DNA of 64,000 nt from Candidatus Gottesmanbacteria bacterium (GCA_903821745.1 CAIJMI010000005.1:199802-263801); one strand, 5' to 3'. Counted from the first letter of the stretch, positions 39,432 through 51,547 are shown. The notes: a model not told the origin generated them from the sequence alone. Made by a program: numbers and translations.

Positions 39432-40097
39432 ATGACAACAACACTCGTTATTTGTTGTAAAAACGAAGCCCCATCACTTGCTGCTGTCATCAATAAGGCA
39501 AAGCCGTACGTACATGAAATAATTGTCATCGATGGTCATTCAACCGATGGATCACGCACTATTGCCAAAAATGCAGGAGTAAAAGTATTTGAAGATAATG
39601 GAAAAGGCAAAGGAGCAGCAATACAACTGGGTATACAGAAAGCATCAGGAGACATCATCATATTTATGGATGCAGATGGCTCACATAAAGCGTCTGATAT
39701 CCCAAAACTTACTAAACCAATACATAAAAACAAAGCAGACCTTGTTATTGCATCGCGTGGAATTGGTGGCAGTAACGAACTACACGGGGATTTTGAAAAA
39801 ACATTGCGTCTTATCGGGAGTGCCATCATTACTCAAATAATTAACTGGCGGTACCATGCTCATATTACTGATTCCCAAAATGGATTTCGAGCAATTCGTC
39901 GCTCTGTTGCAAAATCACTGAATCTCCAAGCAAATAGTTTCGCTATCGAACAAGAAATGCTAATGCAAATTTTAAAACGTAATGCAAAAGTTAGTGAAAC
40001 AGGAAGTCATGAATTTGCACGTAAGTATGGAAATTCAAAAATTAATCTTCCAAGAATGTGGTATAAATACTTAATTAATTTAATACAAAATCTATAA
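39432..40097 (+). CDS. GT2 glycosyltransferase (DPM1/ArnC-like polyprenyl-phosphate sugar synthase)
   Basis: VICCKNEAPSL...IIVIDGHSTDGS...IIFMDADGSH, the DxD-containing GT-A fold pattern; 221 aa, a short soluble form. Confidence 0.8.
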   Translation: MTTTLVICCKNEAPSLAAVINKAKPYVHEIIVIDGHSTDGSRTIAKNAGVKVFEDNGKGKGAAIQLGIQKASGDIIIFMDADGSHKASDIPKLTKPIHKNKADLVIASRGIGGSNELHGDFEKTLRLIGSAIITQIINWRYHAHITDSQNGFRAIRRSVAKSLNLQANSFAIEQEMLMQILKRNAKVSETGSHEFARKYGNSKINLPRMWYKYLINLIQNL

Positions 40098-40132
40098 ATT
40101 AACTTGTACATTACAATGCACTTTCGTTCGTT

Positions 40133-41242
40133 TCAATAAAATGCATTATCTTTATTAACAATATTAACTACGATATTATAAAGAGAAAAAGCAATTCTAG
40201 CTTGGGATTCTTGATACAAATGCATTATGTCCATAAACATTGTTTCCTCTACGTTGGCAACGGCTGAAGATAGATCAACAAAGTAAACATTCTTATTACC
40301 CATAGCGTCAACGACTCGTTTCTTCATATCACGAAACCACTCCTGTTCTGTTGACATCACTAATGGTTTTTCTTCATCGGTTAAATACAATTTGTCATAC
40401 AAAATTGGCTGCAATATCGCAATATACTCACTTCCAAACGCATGACTTATTTTGTGGGCTTTTTGTAAATTATCACTGTATACGGAAATAATAGTATTTT
40501 TCCATGATTCTGAACCGTACATAGCCTCATTACGTATTTGTGTGAGAGGAACAAATTGATTCAGATACCATTCAGGAGCAAATCGTTCCGCAAAAAACTG
40601 AACAACCGGTAACTTAGATATAAAAAACTTCCAGATTGACATTCTTTCAGGATAAAGCAATGGACTAACCTCATACATCATATAATCATATGGATAACCT
40701 GGTCTTGGATCATAATATAAAGGGTGATACAAATCGTTTACTCCATCATATTGAATAATAAGATCTGGCTGTAAATTAGAGAGATTTGTTACGATAGTCA
40801 TTAATTCTTGAGAAGACACAGCAGAAATAACCCCAAAATTATACACTCGTACATTATAATATCCTCGTTTATGAAATTCTTCTTCAAGTAAAACTGGTAA
40901 AGACGGATCTCCTATGTATACTGTTGATCCACCCAATATACATATTCTGTATTCATCTACGGGTTTCGGTACAACAGGATATGGACCGCGATATCCTTCT
41001 TGATTATGATCTTCCCAATACGGAAGTCCTTTAAACATAATATATGGGTATGGAATCTTATAGGTATCTGTACGAAAACGTTCCTGTACAGGGTTACGAA
41101 TGCTAAGATACGCACTAAAAATAATGTTGATAATGGAAAAAAATAATATTATAGCGATCACAACTGCACTAATTTTCCCCAAAAGCGCTATCCAATAAGA
41201 TGTTTTTTTCTCTTTAAATAATCGTTTAGGTACGAAAAACAT
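40133..41242 (-). CDS. Membrane-anchored SGNH/GDSL-family hydrolase (paralog 1 of 5)
   Basis: N-terminal TM; block I ILGGSTVYIG, block III QYDGVNDL (GxND), block V DIMHLY (DxxH). Confidence 0.6.
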   Translation of the reverse strand: MFFVPKRLFKEKKTSYWIALLGKISAVVIAIILFFSIINIIFSAYLSIRNPVQERFRTDTYKIPYPYIMFKGLPYWEDHNQEGYRGPYPVVPKPVDEYRICILGGSTVYIGDPSLPVLLEEEFHKRGYYNVRVYNFGVISAVSSQELMTIVTNLSNLQPDLIIQYDGVNDLYHPLYYDPRPGYPYDYMMYEVSPLLYPERMSIWKFFISKLPVVQFFAERFAPEWYLNQFVPLTQIRNEAMYGSESWKNTIISVYSDNLQKAHKISHAFGSEYIAILQPILYDKLYLTDEEKPLVMSTEQEWFRDMKKRVVDAMGNKNVYFVDLSSAVANVEETMFMDIMHLYQESQARIAFSLYNIVVNIVNKDNAFY

Positions 41243-41297
41243 ATTGTATCTACATATATTCTTTTTCTTTAATATTTTATACTATAACATAGAATAT

Positions 41298-42773
41298 ATT
41301 ATGTCATTTACGAGGAGTTCGAGAAAATCACTATTCTCCATTCATACATACGAAAAAGCAATGTTTTGTCTCTGTGTGCTACACATTTTTTTAAGACTAC
41401 CTCTTCGAACTATGATTCCATTTAATGACGGGAATGTGTACTATGCAACAGTTTTTAACATTATCCAGAATAACCTCAATCCATTTATTTTTACAATATC
41501 ATATAAACCACCAGTCATTAGCGAGCTCATGGCTATTATTTTCTCGGTATTCCATCCATCTATCGTCATTGGAAACATAGCAATGTATATCATTTCATCC
41601 GTAACGTTATGGTATATATATCTTCTCGGGAAACGTGTATTTACTCCAGTTGTTGGTTTTTATGCCGCGTTACTATGTTCCTTATTTCCTCTTTTTACTG
41701 CTCAAAGCGTTGTTTTTAACGACGCCGTTATTGTCACAACTGTTGTTCTTGCTACGGTCTATTATTTCTTTTCATCTAATTGGATTGGGTATGGCATTGC
41801 CTGTTCGCTTCTTGTCTTAACAAAAGAACCACTTCTCGCTGTCCCTGTATTGCTCTATATATACTCCGTCATATATACATTTCAAAAATCACATACATCA
41901 TTTCTCACAATACTGATAAAACGAATTCCACTCCTTTTTCCACTTATATTATTTCCGATATGGATGTATATAAATAAACAAACACTCGGTATATATCTGG
42001 ATCCGATAAACCAAAACAAATCGTATCTACATCGTTTTTACGGAGCGCCCATTCAAGAAATCTTAAAATATCTTTTTGTTAAAAATGGCATGTGGTGGAT
42101 ATGGTTAACATTCGGTGTAACACTACTTAAACACTCAAACAGGATAAAAAAACAATGGATCATCATTATGTGGTTCATAACGATTTTTTTGTTCTACGGA
42201 ATATTCTTTTCTCTAAGCGCCTTTAATCCAAGATACATGCTCCCATATTTTCCATATGTTTTCATAAGCTTTTGTGCTGTACTGTTCTTCGCATATTCCA
42301 AAAAATTTTTTCGACTCTTTATACTCCTAACAGTTATTATGTTCCTCGGAATACATATCAATCTCTTTTTCTTCAACGTATCTGATGGCTGGGGAGAAGG
42401 TGATTTACGTATTATTCAAACAACGTCTCTTTATACAAAAACTTTTGAGTATGTCTACGAACATTACCAACATCCTCTCATCGTCACCTATCCTGAAGTG
42501 TATACGTGGAGCGATACTGCATTTGGAAAAACTCCAGGCGCATACAAATATGAATGTTACTTTTTTAATCAAATTAATGATGAGAAAGAAGAAATGCAAC
42601 GCATGTTCACCTATGCAAAAGAAAAAAATGCGTCTCCTATTATCTTTATTCAACCAAGTTACATGGGTGAAGTAAACGAAATAAACGCAATACGAAAATT
42701 GCCTATTAAACGAATTAATAATCCGTGGAATAAATATAACTATCACGACTTATACGAAATTGCAGTACAATAA
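41298..42773 (+). CDS. GT-C fold glycosyltransferase, ArnT/PMT(PMT_2)-like (paralog 1 of 3)
   Basis: Polytopic. First extracytoplasmic loop FNDGNVYYA...NPF...YKPPV resembles the ArnT/PMT DExxYA...KPPL signature; about 12 TMs. Start at the internal Met (41298) to leave a divergent promoter; the ORF begins at 41244. Confidence 0.5.
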   Translation: MMSFTRSSRKSLFSIHTYEKAMFCLCVLHIFLRLPLRTMIPFNDGNVYYATVFNIIQNNLNPFIFTISYKPPVISELMAIIFSVFHPSIVIGNIAMYIISSVTLWYIYLLGKRVFTPVVGFYAALLCSLFPLFTAQSVVFNDAVIVTTVVLATVYYFFSSNWIGYGIACSLLVLTKEPLLAVPVLLYIYSVIYTFQKSHTSFLTILIKRIPLLFPLILFPIWMYINKQTLGIYLDPINQNKSYLHRFYGAPIQEILKYLFVKNGMWWIWLTFGVTLLKHSNRIKKQWIIIMWFITIFLFYGIFFSLSAFNPRYMLPYFPYVFISFCAVLFFAYSKKFFRLFILLTVIMFLGIHINLFFFNVSDGWGEGDLRIIQTTSLYTKTFEYVYEHYQHPLIVTYPEVYTWSDTAFGKTPGAYKYECYFFNQINDEKEEMQRMFTYAKEKNASPIIFIQPSYMGEVNEINAIRKLPIKRINNPWNKYNYHDLYEIAVQ

Positions 42774-43833
42774 ACAAGATATGCAACGATTACTCGCCAG
42801 CGTACTACCTGTTCTCCAATCAAATTTCAAAAGACTTCCCCATCCATATAAATTAACCTTTGCAATAACCTATCGGTGTAACTCACGATGTACCATTTGT
42901 AATATCTGGAAAAAACCGCATTTCCCTGAAATGACGCTTGATAACATCAAAAAATTTTTCACCGCTAATCCTTACTTTCGCTGGGTAAATTTAACAGGAG
43001 GAGAAGTATTTTTACGACCTGATCTTATTGAGATTATCAAGATAATTCTTCATACACAAAAAAATCTATATTTTTTAAACTTTCCAACAAACGGCATCAT
43101 GACAAAACAGATTGTTAAACAATTACAACAAATTCTTAATCTTAATCCACCCCATTTCATTGTATCTATCTCTCTTGACGGTCCCAAAACAACACATGAT
43201 ACGCTTCGTGGAATAACAGGAAACTGGGAAAAGGCAGTAAAAACTTATAAAGAATTAAAGAAACTACGATCCAGTCATTTTGACACCTATTTCGGAATGA
43301 CACTCTCTCATTATAATAATGGACTCATCGAACAAACTTATGAGGAACTAAAAAAAGCCATCCCCTCACTTAAGCGGTCTGATATTCACTTCAATATTGC
43401 CCATCATTCATCTCATTATTATGGAAATACTGCTCAAGACGGAAACGTCAACATAAAAACAATAGAGCATCTTGATGCGTACAACAAAAAAAAGAGCTTT
43501 GTGTTAACAAAAATATCGTTCATAGAATATGTTTACCAACGCCACATAAAACAATATCTCACAACAAAAAAAACACCTCTCCCATGTCTTGCGCTCTCAA
43601 GTTCAGTATTTCTTAACCCCTATGGCATGATTTATCCATGCTCCATGTGGAATATGCCTCTTGCCAATATTCAAGATATTAATTATGATCTCCAAGCGCT
43701 CTGGAATACAAAAAAAACAAAACAGGCAAGAATCCTCATTGCGCGAAAAAAATGTTCAAATTGCTGGACACCATGTGAAGCATATCAAAGCATCTTGGGC
43801 AATATGTTTACATCTGAAGTATGGGAAAAATAA
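42760..43833 (+). CDS. Radical SAM protein with C-terminal SPASM/twitch-like Cys cluster
   Basis: CNSRCTIC (Cx3Cx2C) at residues 40-47 and a C-terminal Cys cluster ...PCLA...YPCS...CSNCWTPCEAY; 357 aa. Confidence 0.8.
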   Translation: MQYNKQDMQRLLASVLPVLQSNFKRLPHPYKLTFAITYRCNSRCTICNIWKKPHFPEMTLDNIKKFFTANPYFRWVNLTGGEVFLRPDLIEIIKIILHTQKNLYFLNFPTNGIMTKQIVKQLQQILNLNPPHFIVSISLDGPKTTHDTLRGITGNWEKAVKTYKELKKLRSSHFDTYFGMTLSHYNNGLIEQTYEELKKAIPSLKRSDIHFNIAHHSSHYYGNTAQDGNVNIKTIEHLDAYNKKKSFVLTKISFIEYVYQRHIKQYLTTKKTPLPCLALSSSVFLNPYGMIYPCSMWNMPLANIQDINYDLQALWNTKKTKQARILIARKKCSNCWTPCEAYQSILGNMFTSEVWEK

Positions 43834-45296
43834 CATTTCCCCGCGTACAACGACTTCTTCTTATCAATCCCTACGCAGGGTATGCACAAGGAACAAATGA
43901 ATCGACTGTATATCCTCCCATCGGACTTTCTTATGTTGCAGCCAGCGCTGAACAATGTGGCGTACACTGTAACATTATTGATGCCGCAGCACTAAAATTA
44001 CCGATAAAATCGTTGTTTGCCACAATTAAAGCATTTGTACCCGATTGTATTGGTATTACGAGTAACATTGTTACCGCTGAAGCAGCAATTCAAACTGGGA
44101 AAGAGATACATGCACGGTTTCCAACAATTCCCCTTATTTTTGGTGGTCCTTATGCAACGGCATATCCTGAATATATCTTAAAACAAACACAAGGCTATCT
44201 TGTTATTCGAGGAGAAGCAGAAGAAACTATCAAGGAACTTCTATCCAGACGCGTTTCTCTTTCATCAATACGTGGTATTTCATATAAAAAGGGACGTAGA
44301 TATATACACACAAATCAACGCCCATTAATTCAGGATATCAACACAATTCCCTTCCCCGCTTACCATTTACTCCCTCCACTATCCGTATATAAATCAAGAA
44401 ATAGAAAAACACCAATAGGCGTCATCCTCTCAAGTCGTGGATGTCCCTATCAATGTATTTATTGCAATGCAAATATTTTTGGAAAACAATTTCGCCCAAG
44501 AAGTGTCGATAATGTATTAAAAGAAATAGATATATTAGTTACTACATATCACATCAAACAACTAGATGTTTTAGACGATAATTTTACATTACTTATTGAG
44601 AGAGCTGAAGCAATTTTTGACGGTATTATTAAAAATAAGTTTAACATTCGTATCAATCTTCAAAACGGCGTACGAGCAGATCGACTTAGCCCACGGCTTA
44701 TTCGAAAAATGAAACAGGCAGGTGTCTACAAAGCCACCATAGGCGTAGAATCAGCCGATCTCCACATACAAAAAACCATAAAAAAAACATTGTCACTTCC
44801 AAAGGTTGTATGGGCAATCAAACAATTTCGCAAATACGATATTATTACTGCGTGCACATTTATCTTCGGCCTACCTGGAGAAACAAAGAAAACCATTGAA
44901 AAAACAATAGCATTTGCTATACGCGCTAACCCACATATGGCAAATTTTTCTGCTCTTGTTCCTTTACCGCAAACAGCAGTATACGAAATGATTCAAAAAA
45001 ATGGAACATTTCTCCGGCCTATCGAGCATGGATTACCAACTGGTTTTATCACAAACACATTATATTTTAAACTTGACGCAATAAATCAAGAATTGATTTC
45101 ATTCGCCATGTCTTCTGCTTTTCGACTTTTTTACTTCAGAATTTCAAAACTTATAGATTTATCCAAAACAATCCGTTCGTGGGGAGAATTTACTTGGAGT
45201 CTTTCTATGATTTACGGAGTGATAAAAAATATTAATATTTTTCCATCAACAAAAATATTTTCGCGTTATTTATTACATGAAAGTGAGATATGCTGA
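43821..45296 (+). CDS. B12-binding (class B) radical SAM protein
   Basis: N-terminal B12-binding Rossmann region (LLINPY...YPPIGLSYVAA...IGITS), then SSRGCPYQCIYC (Cx3Cx2C). 491 aa; overlaps the preceding rSAM gene by 13 nt. Confidence 0.8.
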   Translation: MGKITFPRVQRLLLINPYAGYAQGTNESTVYPPIGLSYVAASAEQCGVHCNIIDAAALKLPIKSLFATIKAFVPDCIGITSNIVTAEAAIQTGKEIHARFPTIPLIFGGPYATAYPEYILKQTQGYLVIRGEAEETIKELLSRRVSLSSIRGISYKKGRRYIHTNQRPLIQDINTIPFPAYHLLPPLSVYKSRNRKTPIGVILSSRGCPYQCIYCNANIFGKQFRPRSVDNVLKEIDILVTTYHIKQLDVLDDNFTLLIERAEAIFDGIIKNKFNIRINLQNGVRADRLSPRLIRKMKQAGVYKATIGVESADLHIQKTIKKTLSLPKVVWAIKQFRKYDIITACTFIFGLPGETKKTIEKTIAFAIRANPHMANFSALVPLPQTAVYEMIQKNGTFLRPIEHGLPTGFITNTLYFKLDAINQELISFAMSSAFRLFYFRISKLIDLSKTIRSWGEFTWSLSMIYGVIKNINIFPSTKIFSRYLLHESEIC

Positions 45297-46300
45297 ATTT
45301 CTGAAACTAGTATTTGTGCTATACGGTTGTGGCCTGCTTCAGCGACGTGGCACTCATCGACTAACTCATTAGAATATGAATCTAAAAACAACTGTTCTAA
45401 ATCAACAAATGGAACCTGTTCTTTCTGAGCGACAACCCGTAATAAGGCATTATATTTCGGAACAGATGCACGCCAATTATCTGACGCTGTTTGAGAAACG
45501 TCACCGTGTAAGCGGGTTAGTAATAACACTGACGTTCCCTGAGACCGAGCAATTCGGATAAACTCCTCTATATTATGTACATAGTCTGAGTAAGAAACCC
45601 TTGATACGTTACCTTGCGTTTTTCGAAACACAAGACTCACCTTATCAGAATAATAAAATATCACTTGAAACAAACGAGATATTGACAATGGCGTAATAAT
45701 GCCGGAAAGAAATGAATGGAACTCGTTATCTGGAATTCCCATAGCCGGAGCTGCATCATTCCAACCAAAAGATATAATAATTAGGGATGGATGAAATACA
45801 AATACATCTTGTTTAAATTTCTCCAGCCCTTGATACGATGAGTATCCCATCACTCCCATATTTAAAACACGAAACGGTGTGGATTGATCTTTTAAATAGG
45901 AAGCGAGTACTTCTGGCCATGGAGTATCAACATATCTGCCAGGAATAATCCCTAACGTATTCGAATCTCCATACGTGAGGATAGTACATCCTGAAACGGT
46001 TGCTATATTTTCTTGTATCGATGATCCGCGAATACCCAACTCATTAAATACTCCCCAATTCTTTTTTGGTTTCCAAAATAACACAGGGTCATATTCTAAA
46101 TCAGAGTCATTTTCAGAAAGTACAAAATCCAAACGCAGTTCTTCTTTTTCAACACGCTCTTTTTTTAGTTCTATCGGTTTGTAGTATGAAAGAATATGAA
46201 ACGCGGTAAGTATACGAGCAATACATTCAAAACCAACAAAAAGCAAAATGAAAAAACAAACCCCAAGAATAACAGATAGTATTTTTTCTTTATATGTCAT
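45266..46300 (-). CDS. Membrane-anchored SGNH/GDSL-family hydrolase (paralog 2 of 5)
   Basis: N-terminal TM; block I ILTYGDSNTLG, block III FGWNDAA, block V DECHVAEAGH. Confidence 0.7.
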   Translation of the reverse strand: MTYKEKILSVILGVCFFILLFVGFECIARILTAFHILSYYKPIELKKERVEKEELRLDFVLSENDSDLEYDPVLFWKPKKNWGVFNELGIRGSSIQENIATVSGCTILTYGDSNTLGIIPGRYVDTPWPEVLASYLKDQSTPFRVLNMGVMGYSSYQGLEKFKQDVFVFHPSLIIISFGWNDAAPAMGIPDNEFHSFLSGIITPLSISRLFQVIFYYSDKVSLVFRKTQGNVSRVSYSDYVHNIEEFIRIARSQGTSVLLLTRLHGDVSQTASDNWRASVPKYNALLRVVAQKEQVPFVDLEQLFLDSYSNELVDECHVAEAGHNRIAQILVSEIQHISLSCNK

Positions 46301-46348
46301 ACAGTTATTATATACATATAAGACTAATCACATGAACACGCTAACCAT

Positions 46349-47677
46349 ATGATATCAAAGAAAAAAAATATAATCTCATTTCTTCACAATATACCTGTAC
46401 GCCTCTTGATTCTTTCTCTTATACTTGGAATAGCAGCATTTACTCCTTTGTTTGCTTATACCTATCCTAATATAGATACCATAACTGACGTTTTTAATGC
46501 AGGAAAAACTATTCCTGACATAGCAATATTTTTTGATTTTACAGGAAGATATAGGGCTTCATGGACGTTATTTGCAACAGTGTTGAACGCAATTTTTTCC
46601 TATCACATTCGTTGGTATTTTTTACTGTATGGTGTCGCACTTGGCGTAACATTGTGGACTATGTTCATGCTTGTGTACCAAAAAAATAAGAGAGTACAAC
46701 ATGAACTACTTATTATTCCAGTATTGATGCTCTTAAACAACATCACTGTAGCAACGTATTGGAGATTAGGTGCATGTGAATCAATATTTACATTGATCCT
46801 AATATGGAGTGTTCTATGCATACAGCAAAAACGGTATACGTTGTGCATTCTATCTCTCCTGTCATTAATTCCATTAAAAGAAATATCAATTATCGTTCTT
46901 CTTATAACTAGTGTTTATATGTTTGTCATAAAAAAATATAGATATGCACTTATTTTATTTATAAGTTCCGCTATGTATGGATTATTCATAAAACATTTCA
47001 TTGCAGAAAGTCTTACCGAAGCAACAACGCCATATTTTCTCACGTTTACATTTACCAGTACTAGGCTTATTGAAATGTTTCATACGTGGGGATTCAAAAT
47101 ACCGTTTGTTTTTATTTTAAGTGGCATCAACACGTTACTTCTCATCATTCATCAAATTGAATTTAAACGGGTAGCGAATATACCACTTTATCTCCTTATA
47201 TTAAGCGTCGGATTACTTTCTCCATATCTCTTTCTTGCGTACACAGAAGAATATTATCTTTTTCCCTCCTATACATGTTCCATACTATGTTTTACTTACT
47301 TAAGTACAACGACACTACAACGTAAAAAACATATACAGTTAGGAATTCTCGTTGGAAGTTGTATATTATTTTTCTACAGCCAATCACATAAAGCATTCAT
47401 TCAACAAGCTTCTTTAATGCATCAAGCGTATATTCAACATACCAAATTAATTGAACGTATGTTTCAATATCCATACTATTTCTATCAACGACAATACAAT
47501 AAAACAGTTACAGAAGATGCATTTACTTCTTGGGTAAATACACAAAACGGTACAAATCAAGATAATACCTCTTTACGAGCAATTGTACATGAATCCCCTA
47601 CACAATCTGAATATAATGGAGCAATGTGGTACGGACCAGATAACGCGTGGGGTATTGAATACATCACCAATAATTAG
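46349..47677 (+). CDS. Polytopic membrane protein, unknown function (possibly polymerase/ligase-like)
   Basis: 442 aa with more than 10 predicted TM helices and a soluble C-terminal tail; no motif recognised. Confidence 0.5.
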   Translation: MISKKKNIISFLHNIPVRLLILSLILGIAAFTPLFAYTYPNIDTITDVFNAGKTIPDIAIFFDFTGRYRASWTLFATVLNAIFSYHIRWYFLLYGVALGVTLWTMFMLVYQKNKRVQHELLIIPVLMLLNNITVATYWRLGACESIFTLILIWSVLCIQQKRYTLCILSLLSLIPLKEISIIVLLITSVYMFVIKKYRYALILFISSAMYGLFIKHFIAESLTEATTPYFLTFTFTSTRLIEMFHTWGFKIPFVFILSGINTLLLIIHQIEFKRVANIPLYLLILSVGLLSPYLFLAYTEEYYLFPSYTCSILCFTYLSTTTLQRKKHIQLGILVGSCILFFYSQSHKAFIQQASLMHQAYIQHTKLIERMFQYPYYFYQRQYNKTVTEDAFTSWVNTQNGTNQDNTSLRAIVHESPTQSEYNGAMWYGPDNAWGIEYITNN

Positions 47678-49371
47678 CAAATATAGTTTTTTTTATGATT
47701 CTTCCTTGTTTTCTTAAAAAATAACACTACTTCATAAATCATACACAAAGAAAATATACCCATCAGTGGATACACCGGGGAAACATATAAAAGTGCATCC
47801 AACTCAAAACAAATAGATTCAATATAACTTATTAAGGTTATCAAAAACATCATGCTCATACCCATCCCAATGATAAACAAATCATATTTATTCATATTTT
47901 TTGTTACAATTTTATGTCTTATTGTAACGATGAAACACAAAATTCCTATACTAAAAAGAACACATCCAATCATCCTAAATAAACGTTGAAACATTCCAAT
48001 AACGACGGTGTGAATTCCTGTTGACTGTATAAGACTACCTTCTGTTTCTTGATCACTGTGATACTTGGTTGTTACTATATGTCCCGTTACAGATTTGGTT
48101 AAGTCAATGTCAGCGATATCACCAGTGCTTTCGTTTGTCAATGTGCCAATTGTATCTAATGATGGAATCCTAAATACTAATCTTGTCACCGACTGTAAAA
48201 ACAACACACTATATTCCATATGAAATTGAGGAATTAAATCGAACGGCCATGCAGTGCATTCTAAAGATTTGTTTTTACATGCATATACTAGTTCTTTATG
48301 AATTTCTTGAAAGAACGTATTTGCGATTTTGTAGGAAGGATAATATCCAAGCCTAAAAGCTGCATCACGTATATCAAATATTAAATTTGCACCCGATATT
48401 TCGTTCGTAGCGATAGTAAAACTGCTTTTGTGTGGAGAAGTTCTATACGTCTCATTTATTAGTTCTTCAACAATTTTAAAATGAGGACTCACGAGCGCCG
48501 CCTTATGCAATGTCAATTTTGATATCGTAGCGTGCCTGATGGGAGTCTCTTGCTTTATTCGAATCAAATCACCGTATACTTTTGTGTATGCTGATTGTTT
48601 TAATTCATTTATGACAAACGTACCATAGTAAAATTTGTTTACACAACTAACAATACACACAAACAATATACCAACAAAATATCCAAATAACACTGTACGG
48701 AAAAACACTGGATGTAAATGTTTACGAAATATATATGTAGAGAGACAATGTCCTATTGGAACAAGATACAAAGGGATAAACCACATAAATTCTTCACGAG
48801 TCAAATAGAACATTGCGCTGAATATACCGAATCCTAATGCCCAAAGTGCATGCTTAAAGCTCCGTTGTTTTTCACTGGCCAACAGTCCGAATATACATGC
48901 AACCGTTCCGATTGTTAAAGACGAGTAAAAATGATGTCGTGTAACACGTTCTGCGATTTGATAAGAAAAAGGGTTAAAAAGAACAAAAAGAAAAACGATA
49001 AATGAACATGCTGTATTATATTTTTTCTTTAACGCAAAAAACAATAAACACGTAGCAAAAATATACAACACTTGTTGACTTTGTAATAAAGGAATGTGAC
49101 TAAAATTAGAAAAGGCTATAAACATTGGATACATTGGTCCTTTTGCCAACGTCATTTCGCTATACTTCCCTAACCATTCTCCATGTATCAATGCATTCGC
49201 CAATTTAATAAACAACATGTCATCAAACCATGAACCACCAACTGCAATTAACATCTGAGTAGAACTCAACCAATAACGAAACAGTATTACACTACCAAAC
49301 AACAATAGAAATAGTATTTTCTTGTACTTTCTTAAAAAGAAGGAGCAATTATGTTTCATACCCTTCCACAT
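47674..49371 (-). CDS. GT-C fold glycosyltransferase, ArnT/PMT-like (paralog 2 of 3)
   Basis: 565 aa. Loop 1 WFDDMLFIKLANALIHGEWLGKY...TLAKGPMYP (DD-x-x-F...GEW...KGP) matches the ArnT DExRYAE...GDW...EKPP architecture. Clearly homologous to the 54629-56302 ORF. Confidence 0.55.
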   Translation of the reverse strand: MWKGMKHNCSFFLRKYKKILFLLLFGSVILFRYWLSSTQMLIAVGGSWFDDMLFIKLANALIHGEWLGKYSEMTLAKGPMYPMFIAFSNFSHIPLLQSQQVLYIFATCLLFFALKKKYNTACSFIVFLFVLFNPFSYQIAERVTRHHFYSSLTIGTVACIFGLLASEKQRSFKHALWALGFGIFSAMFYLTREEFMWFIPLYLVPIGHCLSTYIFRKHLHPVFFRTVLFGYFVGILFVCIVSCVNKFYYGTFVINELKQSAYTKVYGDLIRIKQETPIRHATISKLTLHKAALVSPHFKIVEELINETYRTSPHKSSFTIATNEISGANLIFDIRDAAFRLGYYPSYKIANTFFQEIHKELVYACKNKSLECTAWPFDLIPQFHMEYSVLFLQSVTRLVFRIPSLDTIGTLTNESTGDIADIDLTKSVTGHIVTTKYHSDQETEGSLIQSTGIHTVVIGMFQRLFRMIGCVLFSIGILCFIVTIRHKIVTKNMNKYDLFIIGMGMSMMFLITLISYIESICFELDALLYVSPVYPLMGIFSLCMIYEVVLFFKKTRKNHKKNYIC

Positions 49372-49431
49372 GAAAATTATTCCTAATATTACTAATGTAT
49401 CGCATCTAGTCAGAAATAACTAATGTGTATC

Positions 49432-49465
49432 CACAAAAAATCCCGCGTGCAAAGCGGGATAAGAA
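49432..49465 (-). terminator. Intrinsic terminator downstream of the 16S rRNA
   Basis: The minus strand reads ATCCCGC-TTTGCAC-GCGGGAT-TTTTTG: a 7-bp GC-rich stem, 7-nt loop and U-tract, about 195 nt downstream of the 16S 3' end. Confidence 0.7.
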
Positions 49466-49658
49466 ACGAAAACAGTAAATACTTGATGCACTAGACGGTG
49501 ACAGGAACTTAGGGTTTTTGAGAGAACTATTCTGCTCGAGAATAGTTTATATATACGCACTCTCTCAAGAGATGCGTGTCAAAATCTAACGACACTCTTC
49601 ATATAGTGGAATGATTGCTCATTCATGTATGCTTTGTTGTCTTCGATTTTTTAATTAG

Positions 49659-51143
<1,485 letters not shown>

Positions 51144-51228
51144 AAATTTCCTATCACCGTTTAATTCACCAAGATATTTACTGTACTGACTATACTGCTT
51201 GCAAATATGTTAACGAGCAAAAAGAGAG

Positions 51229-51254
51229 AAAAAAAGCCCCGCCTTGTGCGGGGT
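51229..51254 (-). terminator. Intrinsic terminator-like hairpin about 90 nt upstream of the 16S 5' end (insulator or leader structure)
   Basis: The minus strand reads CCCCGC-ACAAG-GCGGGG followed by CTTTTTTT. Confidence 0.5.
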
Positions 51255-51394
51255 TCATACCCAAAAACACGAAGCGAATTGGCTTACTTTCTCATTGCAA
51301 ATGTCAATTATACGGGAAGGGGTAATCTGCGTCAATCCCCAATGTATTTATGGCTAAATTTACAAACGGAAGCATATACGATACACTAAATACT

Positions 51395-51547
51395 ATGTTT
51401 CAAACCATGAAGCAATTACTCATACTTGCTATCCATTCGAAAAAAATTTGGATTATTCCCATTATCCTCTTTCTCATTATTATCGCCCTTCTTATTATCA
51501 GCGCGCAAATAAGCCCCCTGCCTGTCTTCCTCTACCCGATTTTATGA
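51395..51547 (+). CDS. Small hydrophobic single-TM protein (about 50 aa)
   Basis: MFQTMKQLLILAIHSKKIWIIPIILFLIIIALLIISAQ... Its TGA stop overlaps the ATG of the next small ORF (ATGA coupling). Confidence 0.35.
   Translation: MFQTMKQLLILAIHSKKIWIIPIILFLIIIALLIISAQISPLPVFLYPIL

Noticed and set aside
51207-51389. 60-aa plus-strand ORF in the 16S upstream region
   Set aside because: It overlaps the terminator-like hairpin and the putative rRNA promoter, and its translation has no features.
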